This document shows positions 9,183 to 18,862 of a stretch of 64,000 bases of DNA, in pieces (positions within the stretch are counted from its first letter, which is position 1; every line of letters starts with the position of its first letter). The position numbers and the translations under genes were made by a program. The DNA comes from an uncultured Syntrophaceae bacterium. GTDB taxonomy: Bacteria; Desulfobacterota; Syntrophia; Syntrophales; UBA6807. The notes beneath the pieces were generated by a model that did no database searches, had not been told where the DNA came from, and saw nothing but the letters and a program-made list of their open reading frames with translations. The stretch spans positions 13,961 through 77,960 of the forward strand of contig CAZGAK010000002.1 of assembly GCA_964523565.1 (NCBI GenBank). Reading direction: 5' to 3'.

Positions 9183-9899
9183 TCAATTCTCGCTGAAATA
9201 GACGTTGTAAATATAACTTTCCGCTTCGCTTTTCGTATGTTGCGAATTGATGTAAAATGAAACTCCTTTAATATCCCGAGGTTTTCCTTCTTCGATATCG
9301 GGAAAGAGTTTTTTGTAGTCTTCGTATATGTTTCTTTTTTCCGTATACCATTCACCCATTTTATCGGTTTTATCTCTTATCACAACATATCGAACCTTAC
9401 CGGCCAATGGTTGAGGACTTGTGACCATGGTTCCTTTAGGACATTCATTACCCCAGATGTATCCGATAACCGGTGTCTTCAATTTTGCCGGCCATCCCGT
9501 CTCTTTAAAGGCAATGTATATCTGTATTGCCTGGTCATCCGTTTCAGCCTTTCTGATATCTCCACCGACGGGAAGTTTGCACACCTTCCATTTCCAGTTC
9601 AGGAAAGGATATTTTCCTTTCTTTACCTTCATATCTTTTTTTATTCCATAGGATGCGCTGTCACTTTTCATATGCAGGACGTATTGCCCTTCTTCCATTT
9701 CTTCGAGACTGAGATTAGGTGTTCCCTTTTTATCTTCCAGCTCCCATCCCGGAGGGGCTCCATCCTTCAGCTCGTCAGAAGTGAATTCAGTAACGGCAAT
9801 AGAGAGCACTTCATAACCCCCTGAAAGAACTGACACAGATAAACCAAAAGTTAAAACAAGTATTAACAAAAAACCAGCGAAAGACTTGACTGTTTTCAT
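9183..9899 (-). CDS. DUF3047-like exported protein
   Basis: Signal peptide; WKWKVCKLP-GGD...DD-AIQIYIAF; IGYIWG; WYTEKRNIYEDY. Confidence 0.7.
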   Translation of the reverse strand: MKTVKSFAGFLLILVLTFGLSVSVLSGGYEVLSIAVTEFTSDELKDGAPPGWELEDKKGTPNLSLEEMEEGQYVLHMKSDSASYGIKKDMKVKKGKYPFLNWKWKVCKLPVGGDIRKAETDDQAIQIYIAFKETGWPAKLKTPVIGYIWGNECPKGTMVTSPQPLAGKVRYVVIRDKTDKMGEWYTEKRNIYEDYKKLFPDIEEGKPRDIKGVSFYINSQHTKSEAESYIYNVYFSEN

Positions 9900-10465
9900 T
9901 AGTTGCCCCCCTGCTGTTTATAGAGTTTCATTATATCCGTTCGTGTAAAAACCGAATCGACCCTTTTTACATATTTTTCAATATTTTCCCTGCCACCCTC
10001 TTCGCGATCAATCAACGCAATAACCCTGTCAACCTCCAATCCTGCCTCCCTTGCCCTTTCTATAGCAATTATCGTTGACCCGCCCGTTGTAATAACATCA
10101 TCCAGTATGGCAACCTTTTCTCCTTTTTTTACATCTCCTTCTATCCTGCCCTTAGTCCCGTGCTCCTTTACATCCTTTCTGACAATAAAGGATTTTATTG
10201 GCTTGCCTCTTTGATATGAAATTACCGAAAGGGCGTTGGCTATGGGATCTGCTCCCAGTGTTAACCCCCCGGTGGCGGTGATTTCGGAATCTTCCAGCAT
10301 ATCAAAAATGATGTTCCCTATAAGGTTCATCCCCTCAGGATCAAGGGCTGTAGGCTTACAGTTGAAATAAAAATTGCTCGTCTTACCGGAAGCCAGAGTA
10401 AAGGGCGGATCATCCCTGTACCGAAATGATCGCTCAATAACAATCTCAGCAAGTCTTTCCTTCAT
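9899..10465 (-). CDS. pyrE: Orotate phosphoribosyltransferase
   Basis: FTLASGKTSNFYFNCK, GGLTLGADP, VRKDVKEHG, PRPP motif AILDDVITTGGS; start uncertain (10465-10507). Confidence 0.95.
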   Translation of the reverse strand: MKERLAEIVIERSFRYRDDPPFTLASGKTSNFYFNCKPTALDPEGMNLIGNIIFDMLEDSEITATGGLTLGADPIANALSVISYQRGKPIKSFIVRKDVKEHGTKGRIEGDVKKGEKVAILDDVITTGGSTIIAIERAREAGLEVDRVIALIDREEGGRENIEKYVKRVDSVFTRTDIMKLYKQQGGN

Positions 10466-10496
10466 TTTATGATTTCCCATTTCCTGTTTAATCCTT

Positions 10497-11477
10497 CTAT
10501 TTTTCAACTTCCTGTGTGCGGGGCTTCTTCTTGCGATTAAGCTTCTCCAACCTGTTAAACAAATAATCAGGGTCCAGATAAAGAGCCTCCTGATACTCCG
10601 CTACGGCTAAGTCATGCCAGCCCTTCTTATCATAATATAAACCCAGCGTAAAATGCATTTCCGAATCGTCAGGATATACTGTAAGGGCTTGTTGCGTCTG
10701 CTTTATGGCCCTGTCTATGTCACCTGTTCCATAATAGGATTTGCCAAGATAAAATCGGGTATCTCTGTTGAAAGGATTTATCCTAAGGGCAACGTTTAAC
10801 ATCTCCAGGGCTTTCTTATACTCCTTCAGTTTTGTATACACTATTCCAAGGTTCACGAGAGTTTCCTCATCGTAACATCTTGTTTTCTTTGCCCGCAGAT
10901 AATACGATGCAGCCTTCTCAAAATCCTGTTTCTCAAGATAAATCCTGGCGATACTGCAGAGGGCTTCAAAATATTTCGGTCGATATTTTAACGCTATTTC
11001 ATATTCTTTTATGGCCTCGCCTTTTTCACCTTCTATGTCGAGAATTTTACCGCGGAAATAATGCTTTTCATTCTCTCGGGGATATTTAAAAATGCAGATC
11101 TCATAATATGAAATTGCCTTTTTACGATCCCCCCTTTCAAAATAAATATCGCCGAGACTTGAATATGACCAGTAATATTTCGGGTCAATGTCTATGGCTT
11201 TTTCATAATTAGCAATTGCCTCATCAAGGGATCCCTTGCCCCGATATGCCTTTGCCAGCTTGTAGTAATACCTGGCAACTTTTGGTTTGATCCTTATGGC
11301 CTTTTTATAATTTTCTATTGCCTTGTCTAATTTATTTTTTAATAAGTATTTGTCCCCCTTAAGATAATACGTATCTGCCGATGTTTTCTGTTCAGATGAA
11401 ACAGACGTGGGTAAAATAAATAAGGCAGACAGGATCAGCAGTAAAACCGCAAATATTTTAATATCAGATTTTCTCAT
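10497..11477 (-). CDS. Exported TPR-repeat protein
   Basis: Signal/TM then multiple 34-aa TPR units (AIENYKKAIRIKP, AIANYEKAIDIDP, AIKEYEIALKYRP). Confidence 0.85.
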   Translation of the reverse strand: MRKSDIKIFAVLLLILSALFILPTSVSSEQKTSADTYYLKGDKYLLKNKLDKAIENYKKAIRIKPKVARYYYKLAKAYRGKGSLDEAIANYEKAIDIDPKYYWSYSSLGDIYFERGDRKKAISYYEICIFKYPRENEKHYFRGKILDIEGEKGEAIKEYEIALKYRPKYFEALCSIARIYLEKQDFEKAASYYLRAKKTRCYDEETLVNLGIVYTKLKEYKKALEMLNVALRINPFNRDTRFYLGKSYYGTGDIDRAIKQTQQALTVYPDDSEMHFTLGLYYDKKGWHDLAVAEYQEALYLDPDYLFNRLEKLNRKKKPRTQEVEK

Positions 11478-11486
11478 TGCTTATAT

Positions 11487-12170
11487 CTAATCACTCTCTT
11501 CAAGAATAAAACGCACGGGGACATCTACCCACATGATAACCGGAACCCCCATCCGGGATGCCGGCTTGAACTTCCACTGCTTAACTGCCCTCAGGGCCGC
11601 TCGATCAAGAATTGAATGACCTGAAGATTTCTTTATTATCAGCTCACCTGCGGTCCCGTTAGTAAGAACCTTTACAGAAAGCATGACGCCTCCTTCGTAC
11701 CCCCTTCTCCTGGCGATGGAAGGATAGGCGGGAGGAAAATTTTCTTCATACCGCGGCACAGCCGAAAATATAGCTACCGCTTCCGATGATTTTTCTTCCC
11801 CGAATAGCGGTTTTACAACTGTTTGAGAGGGGGGTTGCGCCTCAACTTGTTTTTCAGCTTCAACCTCAACATTCTTTAAAACGATGTCTTTCTTATTAAT
11901 CGATTTTTTTGTTATTGTTTTCTCTTTAACTATACTTTCTTTTTTGACGATTGGTTTTCTTTTCTTTTTTATTATCGGCGTGACGGGTGTTTCTTTCTTT
12001 ATCTCCCTATAAGTGGAAACGAAAGATATTTCAAGAGATCTGTTATAATCTTTCTTTATGAGGAAGGCAGGCTGAACGGTAAAGATCTGGGCAAAGGCCA
12101 CACCGATATGAATAGCCATAGCCACAAGCACCGCAAAAAGCAGGTCTTTTTCTAAACTCAATCCTCCCAT
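11487..12170 (-). CDS. tonB: TonB energy transducer
   Basis: N-terminal TM, Lys/Pro-rich linker, C-terminal PAYPSIARRRGYEGGV...LDRAALRAVKQWKFKPA. Confidence 0.93.
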   Translation of the reverse strand: MGGLSLEKDLLFAVLVAMAIHIGVAFAQIFTVQPAFLIKKDYNRSLEISFVSTYREIKKETPVTPIIKKKRKPIVKKESIVKEKTITKKSINKKDIVLKNVEVEAEKQVEAQPPSQTVVKPLFGEEKSSEAVAIFSAVPRYEENFPPAYPSIARRRGYEGGVMLSVKVLTNGTAGELIIKKSSGHSILDRAALRAVKQWKFKPASRMGVPVIMWVDVPVRFILEESD

Positions 12171-12562
12171 TTTGTTTCTAATGATACTCCCGTTATCCCT
12201 GATTTTCTTACAGCATCCATCACTGAAATTATCGTTTCATATGAAGCCTTTTTATCCCCGGAAATCAAGACTTTTGTTTCGGGAGATTCCCGATGAAGGA
12301 TAGTTAACTGCGCAAGGAGCCCGGAAAGGTTTGTCTCTTTTTTGTTGAGAAAGATACTTCCGTCTTCTCTGATTGTGATATCGGTAAGGTTCCTCTTCTC
12401 TATCCCGGCAGTAGCCGATGTGGGCAGTTGAACGGGCAGACCCCTGTGAATAGTCATTGACATGGTAAAAAATATAAAAGCCACCAAAAGGAGAAAAATA
12501 ACATCCATGAGCGGTATCATTTCTATTCTGGCTTTTTTAGCGTATCTCCTTGCGAGTTTCAT
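12158..12562 (-). CDS. exbD: ExbD/TolR biopolymer transport protein
   Basis: IEMIPLMDVIFLLLVAF; LPVQLP; ISGDKKASYETIISVMD. Confidence 0.93.
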   Translation of the reverse strand: MKLARRYAKKARIEMIPLMDVIFLLLVAFIFFTMSMTIHRGLPVQLPTSATAGIEKRNLTDITIREDGSIFLNKKETNLSGLLAQLTILHRESPETKVLISGDKKASYETIISVMDAVRKSGITGVSLETKWED

Positions 12563-13179
12563 TCTGAAAAATCCGCCCCATTTTTATTCTTTTCAAAAAT
12601 AATTTCCAGATTGGTACCGTATTTTTCGATCTCAAGTGAGGCTTTTTCAATCTTCGACAGAAAATAGTTGTACGGTATCAGGCTAAAAATCGCGATAATA
12701 AGGCCGAAAGCAGTCGTTACGAGCGCCTGCGAAATACCTCCAGTGATCATCGCGGGATGTTCTACACCAACCGTACCCAGCATATGGAATGAATAGATAA
12801 TTCCCGTTACCGTTCCAAGAATCCCCAGAAGGGGTGAAAGGGTTATCATCGTATCGAGAACAGGAAGATATCGCCTCATTCGCGCGATTTCTTCATCGGC
12901 ACTCATCTCGAGAGCATCCCTCAATGAAAACTCACGATGAACCATGCCGCATACCATAACCCGGATGACAAAATCCTTTGTGTCTCCCGTGATCCTTTTT
13001 GCCCCTGTAAAATCATTCTTTTCAACCATGGTCATTAAATCATCCAGGAGCTGTCTTTCCCTGTTCCTTGTCTCCCTGATCCAGAAAATCCCCCTTTCGA
13101 TTATGATGGTAAGCGATATAATGGAACATAAAAGGAGGGGATACATAATCGGTCCTCCCTGGTAAAAGTAGTCCAGCAT
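12559..13179 (-). CDS. exbB: ExbB/MotA/TolQ proton channel
   Basis: SPLLGILGTVTGII; GISQALVTTAFGLIIA. Confidence 0.93.
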   Translation of the reverse strand: MLDYFYQGGPIMYPLLLCSIISLTIIIERGIFWIRETRNRERQLLDDLMTMVEKNDFTGAKRITGDTKDFVIRVMVCGMVHREFSLRDALEMSADEEIARMRRYLPVLDTMITLSPLLGILGTVTGIIYSFHMLGTVGVEHPAMITGGISQALVTTAFGLIIAIFSLIPYNYFLSKIEKASLEIEKYGTNLEIIFEKNKNGADFSE

Positions 13180-13199
13180 AACGGTTCAATCCTTTCTTG

Positions 13200-14111
13200 T
13201 TATTTGATGCATTCGTAATTTTTAACTTCCGGATGAATAATCCTGGCCAGTTTCTCCAATCCATCCACAATCCGGGGAGATGAATGATCTATCACATCCG
13301 ATTCAATGATATAAATCCTGTCATTTTCTACTGCCGGAATATTTTTCCATTTCTTCCATCCATCTCTTACCCGGGGAAAATATTCTCCCCTTTTCATGGA
13401 CGACACTATTATAATATCCGGTTTTTTGACAATTACGTCCTCTATACTGCAGCGGGGGTACTTGATCATCACATCTCCGGTAACATTCAGCCCACCGGCA
13501 AGCTCTATCAACTTATTATGAAGGGTATCCCTGCCGACACTAACTATCGGATTGATACCGATCTGAAAAAAAACTCCCGGCTTCTTCAAATCCTTCGTCA
13601 ACGAAACGACAGACTTGATTCTCTTTTGCAGATTGTCAACCAGTGTTTTTGCCTCATTCTCTCTTCCCGTTATCCTGCCGATATTCAAAACCACCGTGAA
13701 TATTTCTTCAAAACTCTCCGGGTTAATGACGTAAACGGGGAGGCCCACTCTTTCCAACTGTTCAACAGTTTCCTTTTTATTTCCACTGGCAGTACCAATA
13801 ATTAGATCGGGATTAAGAGAAACAACCTTCTCAAGAGAAATGTTTATAAAACTGCCTACTTTCGGTTTTGACCTGGCAGCTTCCGGGTAATCACTGAACA
13901 CGGTCACCCCTACGATTTCCTCGTCCAGACCGAGTGCAAAAAGTGTCTCTGTTATATTGGGCGCCAGAGACACGATTCTCTTCGGACAGGGGGGAATATT
14001 GACTTTTCTTCCTGTCTCGTCAATGTATACTTCAGCATTAACTGCCGACAGGAAAAAGAATAATATTAAAAGAGGTAACAGAAAAAATGTTTTAGTGTTA
14101 TGATTTTTCAT
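13200..14111 (-). CDS. btuF: Cobalamin ABC transporter periplasmic binding protein (BtuF-like)
   Basis: RIVSLAPNITETLFALGL, VGVTVFSDYP, SLEKVVSLNPDLI, SPRIVDGLE; cob operon context; start uncertain. Confidence 0.85.
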   Translation of the reverse strand: MKNHNTKTFFLLPLLILFFFLSAVNAEVYIDETGRKVNIPPCPKRIVSLAPNITETLFALGLDEEIVGVTVFSDYPEAARSKPKVGSFINISLEKVVSLNPDLIIGTASGNKKETVEQLERVGLPVYVINPESFEEIFTVVLNIGRITGRENEAKTLVDNLQKRIKSVVSLTKDLKKPGVFFQIGINPIVSVGRDTLHNKLIELAGGLNVTGDVMIKYPRCSIEDVIVKKPDIIIVSSMKRGEYFPRVRDGWKKWKNIPAVENDRIYIIESDVIDHSSPRIVDGLEKLARIIHPEVKNYECIK

Positions 14112-14718
14112 CAAACAATCGTCCATTAACCAGTTTGATAACGGCATACTCGGAGAAGTAATCGATAATATTCAGACAGCCATAGTTCTGTTCGATGGAA
14201 TATATATTATTGAGGTCAAGCTTCATGGCATCTGCAAGTATCGCACGATTGACAGCTCCATGCGCAACAAGGACAATGCTTCTCCCATAGTTTGCACTTA
14301 GAATTTCCTTTAAGGGAGGAATGACTCTTCCGGACATATCCCGAATACTTTCACCTCCGGGTATTTTGTAATCAGCTATGTCTTTCCACCACTCATCAAA
14401 GGCTCCCGGAAATTTTTCTTCTATTTCGTTTGCGGTCAATCCTTCCCACAGTTTTACATTTAATTCTCTCAGGCTGGAGCGTGATTCAGGTATAAGGCCA
14501 TGCTCCGCCGCGATGATATCAGCTCCCCTTTTCGTCCTGATCAAGTCACTGCAGTAAACACCAGCCAGATTTTCACCCCTGAGCCTGGCCGCAACCACTT
14601 CCATCTGCCTGATTCCAAGCTCAGTAATATCGACGTCTTTGTGGCCGTTATATGTTCCCTCTGAAAAGTTCTCCACCTGGCCGTGCCTTACCAAATATAG
14701 TCGTGTGAATGTATTCAA
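14098..14718 (-). CDS. cobC: Alpha-ribazole phosphatase (histidine phosphatase)
   Basis: LYLVRHGQ, YCSDLIRT, LVAHGAVNR; located after cobS. Confidence 0.85.
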   Translation of the reverse strand: MNTFTRLYLVRHGQVENFSEGTYNGHKDVDITELGIRQMEVVAARLRGENLAGVYCSDLIRTKRGADIIAAEHGLIPESRSSLRELNVKLWEGLTANEIEEKFPGAFDEWWKDIADYKIPGGESIRDMSGRVIPPLKEILSANYGRSIVLVAHGAVNRAILADAMKLDLNNIYSIEQNYGCLNIIDYFSEYAVIKLVNGRLFDEKS

Positions 14719-14841
14719 GCTGTCTCCATGTTACAAACCGGAAAATCGGATAACGAAAAAAGCTATATTATGCCGCTTCGCGACACTTTAATCAAAAATA
14801 ACTTTTGCGTATTTTTTTACTTATGAAACAAGCCGGCTATG

Positions 14842-14898
14842 GTAGCGCGGGGGCTCTGCCCCCCGCCAACGAAGTTGCCCGCAGAGGGGCAACGCTAC
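14842..14898. repeat. GTAG-type REP doublet (variant)
   Basis: GTAGCGCGGGGGCTCTGCCCCCCGC ... GTTGCCCGCAGAGGGGCAACGCTAC. Confidence 0.65.
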
Positions 14899-14962
14899 GC
14901 TAATTTAGTTATTTGAAAGTAAATCGTTACTCTTTTTTCGTTATCCGATTTCCGTTATCCGA

Positions 14963-15703
14963 TTATACGAAAAGTACACAAATTAAGAGCAGAGTGATGA
15001 CTTCGCTCAGTTCGCACCCTGCTCCCATAATATCTCCCGTTACCCCTCCGATGCGCTTTTTGAAAAACAGACCGAAAAGAAAAGTAAAGGCCATTATAAA
15101 CACCAGTATCAAAAACCCCTTAAGCAAAAATAAGCCTGTCACGATGGCTGCAGTTATGAGTGAAGATATAACGTATTCCTTTTTACCCGCAAATCGGGTG
15201 AAGGCCAGAGCTGTTCCATGACCGGATCTGGCATAATTGAAGCAGGACGCCAGTTGCACCGTTGCCCACCTCCCTAATACGGGCATTATCAGAAGGGTCC
15301 TGTTTTTTATTTCTTCGGGCACCTCCATCAGGGCAAACACCTTCAGAATTAAAAGGAGAACCAGGCCGACTACGGCAAAGGAACCTATCTGGCTGTCCCT
15401 CATGATGGCAAGGGTCTTTTCCCGATCTGTCCCACCTGCCAGGCCATCTACTGTATCGGCAAAACCATCCAGATGAAAGGCCCCCGCAACAATTACCAGA
15501 GTCACAATAACCAGTATATCGACGAGGGATGAAGGAAGAACCATACCCAGAACAGACCTGACACCAACAAGAATCAAACCAATCAAAAAACCAACCAGGG
15601 GGAAACAGGCCATTGACTTGCCCAGTTTTTCCCCTGTGGTATCAAGATTCTTCGATAATCTGATTACTGTGAGAAATTGTAATGCTGTAAGAAAGCTTTT
15701 CAT
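14963..15703 (-). CDS. cobS: Adenosylcobinamide-GDP ribazoletransferase
   Basis: FLTALQFLT, GAFHLDGFADTVDG, IMRDSQIGSF, GGVTGDIMGA. Confidence 0.96.
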   Translation of the reverse strand: MKSFLTALQFLTVIRLSKNLDTTGEKLGKSMACFPLVGFLIGLILVGVRSVLGMVLPSSLVDILVIVTLVIVAGAFHLDGFADTVDGLAGGTDREKTLAIMRDSQIGSFAVVGLVLLLILKVFALMEVPEEIKNRTLLIMPVLGRWATVQLASCFNYARSGHGTALAFTRFAGKKEYVISSLITAAIVTGLFLLKGFLILVFIMAFTFLFGLFFKKRIGGVTGDIMGAGCELSEVITLLLICVLFV

Positions 15704-15738
15704 TACTTCGATACCTTATCCACTCCTGCAATTTTAAT

Positions 15739-15761
15739 GCAGGGCTGAAGCCCCGCCCTAC
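15739..15761 (-). repeat. Single GTAG REP overlapping the cobT stop
   Basis: Minus strand GTAGGGCGGGGCTTCAGCCCTGC; its TAG is the cobT stop codon. Confidence 0.7.
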
Positions 15762-16813
15762 AGCGCCTTGTCCACTCCCGCAGATTCAAAGGTTGCCATT
15801 TCAGTCATGATCTTTACAGCTGCTTCGATTACGGACATGGCTATAGCTGCGCCGGTTCCCTCCCCCAACCTCATATTCAAATCCAGAATGGGTTCCTGCC
15901 CGAGCGCCTCAAGCATCGTTTTATGCCCGGCCTCAGAAGAAAGATGAGAGTAAAAAAGGTATTCATTTACCGCGGGATTCATGGCAACAGCAATCAGGGC
16001 ACCCGCTGTTGAGATAAAACCATCTACTACAACCGGTATCCGGTGAGAAGCGCCTCCAATGATAAGCCCGACTATCCCCCCGATCTCGAATCCACCCACT
16101 TTGGCCAGAACATCTATGGGGTCCTCCGGGTCAGGGCGATTTAATATTATTGCTTTCTCTATGGTCTCTATTTTTTTCCGGAGCGTTTCATCATCAATTC
16201 CCGTCCCCCTTCCCGTTACTTCCCCGGAAGGTAAACCGGTCAATACGGATAAAATAGCGCTGGAAGGAGTGGTATTGCCAATTCCCATTTCTCCCGTTCC
16301 AATGATATCCACGCCCTTTTTTGCGAACTTGGCTGCCAGATCCATACCGACTTTTATCGATTTTAAAGCCTCATCATATGTCATGGCAGGGCCTCTGGTA
16401 AAATTTTTCGTACCATAGCCCACTTTTTCAATAACAAACCCTTCGGCAGGTTCAAAATCATTATCTACACCTATGTCCACAACGACCACTTCCGCACCCA
16501 CATGCCTTGCAAGGACGTTGACGGCAGCTCCCCCGGAAAGCATGTTCAGAACCATCTGGATCGTGACCTCCCTGGGATAGGCGCTTACACCTTTCTCTAC
16601 GACACCATGATCGCCGGCAAAGGTAAATATCACCTTTTTTTCAATGGACGGGTTCAAATCTTCTCTAATAGCCGCGTATCTCTGTGCAAGTATTTCAAGC
16701 CTGCCAAGGCTTTCAAGCGGTTTTGTAAGACTGTCCAGCCTGAGTTTTGCCTTCTCCAGATAATCCTTTTTCAATGGTCGGATGTCATCCAATATTTTCT
16801 GTAAGTCTTTCAT
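15758..16813 (-). CDS. cobT: Nicotinate-nucleotide-dimethylbenzimidazole phosphoribosyltransferase
   Basis: [60 protein letters not shown]. Confidence 0.97.
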   Translation of the reverse strand: MKDLQKILDDIRPLKKDYLEKAKLRLDSLTKPLESLGRLEILAQRYAAIREDLNPSIEKKVIFTFAGDHGVVEKGVSAYPREVTIQMVLNMLSGGAAVNVLARHVGAEVVVVDIGVDNDFEPAEGFVIEKVGYGTKNFTRGPAMTYDEALKSIKVGMDLAAKFAKKGVDIIGTGEMGIGNTTPSSAILSVLTGLPSGEVTGRGTGIDDETLRKKIETIEKAIILNRPDPEDPIDVLAKVGGFEIGGIVGLIIGGASHRIPVVVDGFISTAGALIAVAMNPAVNEYLFYSHLSSEAGHKTMLEALGQEPILDLNMRLGEGTGAAIAMSVIEAAVKIMTEMATFESAGVDKAL

Positions 16814-16883
16814 TACAGATTAGCCCTCCTTTTAAAATAATGTCGGATTTCGTACCTCAGCCCAACCTGCTAACTTTGATGCT

Positions 16884-16909
16884 CGGCCCGTTCGGGGAAC
16901 GGGCCCTAC
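16884..16909 (-). repeat. Single GTAG REP overlapping the cobU stop
   Basis: Minus strand GTAGGGCCCGTTCCCCGAACGGGCCG; its TAG is the cobU stop. Confidence 0.7.
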
Positions 16910-17421
16910 TTTATCTTGACAGGAATGCCGGAAAGAAGGGCATAAACCTCGTCTGCCCTTTCGGCCACCCTCTGATTGAGAAAGCCGAGTTGATCTCTGT
17001 AATCCCTTGCCAGTTTATTATCCGGAACGATACCCATGCCGACCTCGTTGGATACAACAATAATCTTTTCTTCCAATTCATCTAAGCTGGAAAAGAAATC
17101 ATCCACAATTTCTGATCTCTTTTCATTCTGATTCGGATATTCCAGAAGAAGATTAGACATCCAGACGGTTAAACAATCAACAAGGATTGTTTTGTATTCT
17201 CCAAAAACCGATCTGAGGGCTTCTCCAAGATCGATCGGCTCCTCCAGAGTATCCCATCGGGCACCTCGACTTTCCTGGTGTTTTAGAATCCTCTCTTCCA
17301 TCTCCTCATCAAAAGCCTGTGCTGTTGCCAAAAACAGTCTCTTCCCTTCGATTTTTTCAGCCATATCCTGTGCAAAATCGCTCTTACCACTCCTGGCACC
17401 ACCTGTTACAAAAATTATCAT
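16906..17421 (-). CDS. cobU: Adenosylcobinamide kinase/cobinamide-phosphate guanylyltransferase
   Basis: FVTGGARSGKS, DEEMEERILKHQ, LVDCLTVWMSN, VSNEVGMGIVP, RDQLGFLNQ. Confidence 0.96.
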   Translation of the reverse strand: MIIFVTGGARSGKSDFAQDMAEKIEGKRLFLATAQAFDEEMEERILKHQESRGARWDTLEEPIDLGEALRSVFGEYKTILVDCLTVWMSNLLLEYPNQNEKRSEIVDDFFSSLDELEEKIIVVSNEVGMGIVPDNKLARDYRDQLGFLNQRVAERADEVYALLSGIPVKIK

Positions 17422-17463
17422 CTCATTGTCCTTCCCGCGAATGGATAAAAAATCATGCATTCA

Positions 17464-17517
17464 GTAGGGCAAGGCTTCAGCCTTGCAAATGTTCAGCAGG
17501 GATAAAGCCTGCCCTAC
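17464..17517. repeat. GTAG-type REP doublet
   Basis: GTAGGGCAAGGCTTCAGCCTTGC ... GCAGGGATAAAGCCTGCCCTAC; left half identical to 9103. Confidence 0.8.
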
Positions 17518-17523
17518 GTTTTA

Positions 17524-18603
17524 CTATTTCTCCTGTGATTGCCCCTTCGCCTGATCCGCCATCATCTTTTGCAGATTCGCAAGTGACTGCAATCTTGAAG
17601 AACCTTCTATCGCCTTAACCGCGATATCCTCCACCTTTTGATATGATTTTTCGAGCTGCCCGGAGAGTTTTGCAATCTGTTCACTCTGTTCTTTTACTGC
17701 TTTTTCAAGAGATTCAATTCGGGTAGTGAGTACTCCTCGCTCACCTTCAAATTCTTTATTCAGCAATTGCTCCCTGTTTTTAGCTTCTGCTGTAATTCTT
17801 TCGGTCGTTTCCTTCACAGCTTTATTGATAGCCGTTTCCAGTTCCTTGGGAAATGCACCCACATTTTTACGCAGTTCATTCAATTCTTCTTCTTTTTCGC
17901 TTATCGCCTTTTCTCTTTCTGCCAATTCCTTTTCCATTTGCTCCCTTTTAAGCTGAATTTCCCTTTCAAGTTTCGCTTTTTCGTCTTCGAATTCATCTTT
18001 TAAAAGTTGTTGTTCCCGCTTAAAGGTATACTGGAATTCTTCCTTCTCCCGTTCTCTTTTCTTCTTTTCAGCAGTATTATGTTCTTTTATTTCCATCTCA
18101 TACTTTTCTTCTTCTTTTTCCCATTCCGCGCGAGTATTTTCAATTTCCTGCATCAGCTCTTCTTTCATCACGGCCATCTCGGATTCATACTCCCGTCGCT
18201 TCTGATTATGGGCTTCTATGAGTGCAGCCAGCGTAGCCGCTGATTTTTCTATTTCATACAACTCTTTTAATTCATCATCCTTAATCGCAATAGCTTTCTG
18301 GATACTATTCAGCTTATTTACTTCATCTTCCAGCTTATCTGAAATCTCGGTCAGCATCTTACCCATGTCGAGTTTGAGGCTGCCGATTCCTTTTACGACA
18401 CCCTCGGATGACAGAGAGCCTGCGACCTCAATGACCTCCTTCGCCCTTTTTTCCTCAATCTTTTGTTCCGGTTTCAGTTCCGCTTCCCTCTTTTCCTGAA
18501 GCTGTTTTAAAAGTGCATTGTAGGCATCGAGCATTTCTTTTTTTGTATTGCTCATCGTAGGCTTTTGGGGTTGTTGGCTTTTATTTTCCGTCATAATTGG
18601 CAC
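17524..18603 (-). CDS. Long coiled-coil hypothetical protein
   Basis: 359 aa, E/K-rich heptad character throughout, no catalytic motif. Confidence 0.8.
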   Translation of the reverse strand: MPIMTENKSQQPQKPTMSNTKKEMLDAYNALLKQLQEKREAELKPEQKIEEKRAKEVIEVAGSLSSEGVVKGIGSLKLDMGKMLTEISDKLEDEVNKLNSIQKAIAIKDDELKELYEIEKSAATLAALIEAHNQKRREYESEMAVMKEELMQEIENTRAEWEKEEEKYEMEIKEHNTAEKKKREREKEEFQYTFKREQQLLKDEFEDEKAKLEREIQLKREQMEKELAEREKAISEKEEELNELRKNVGAFPKELETAINKAVKETTERITAEAKNREQLLNKEFEGERGVLTTRIESLEKAVKEQSEQIAKLSGQLEKSYQKVEDIAVKAIEGSSRLQSLANLQKMMADQAKGQSQEK

Positions 18604-18654
18604 CTCTTTTCTTTTCTTTGGTTTAATTTTTTTTCATCCCGCTCTTGTTTAACT

Positions 18655-18850
18655 ACTGCTCAATACGGCACAATCTCTTCCCGTATCCTGTCCCGTTTTT
18701 CTTCAAGATGTCCTGCCGGATCCTCTGTCCCACTTTCCAGTACAGAATCACCAGCGCTGAATTCACTGAACACGCGACATCCCGCCGGGTCTCAACAATT
18801 AGAACTCGTAAATTAATGAGCAGTTATTCCGATGTTTTAACCGGTTTCAT
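18655..18850 (-). pseudogene. 5' remnant of a YhcG/DUF1016 gene
   Basis: Manual translation MKPVKTSE*LLINLRVLIVETRRDVACSVNSALVILYWKVGQRIRQDILK matches LISDIRSLIETARQNVAVAVNAGLTILYWQIGNRIRQDILK of 24168..25235. Confidence 0.8.
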
Positions 18851-18862
18851 AAGCAACCCATT

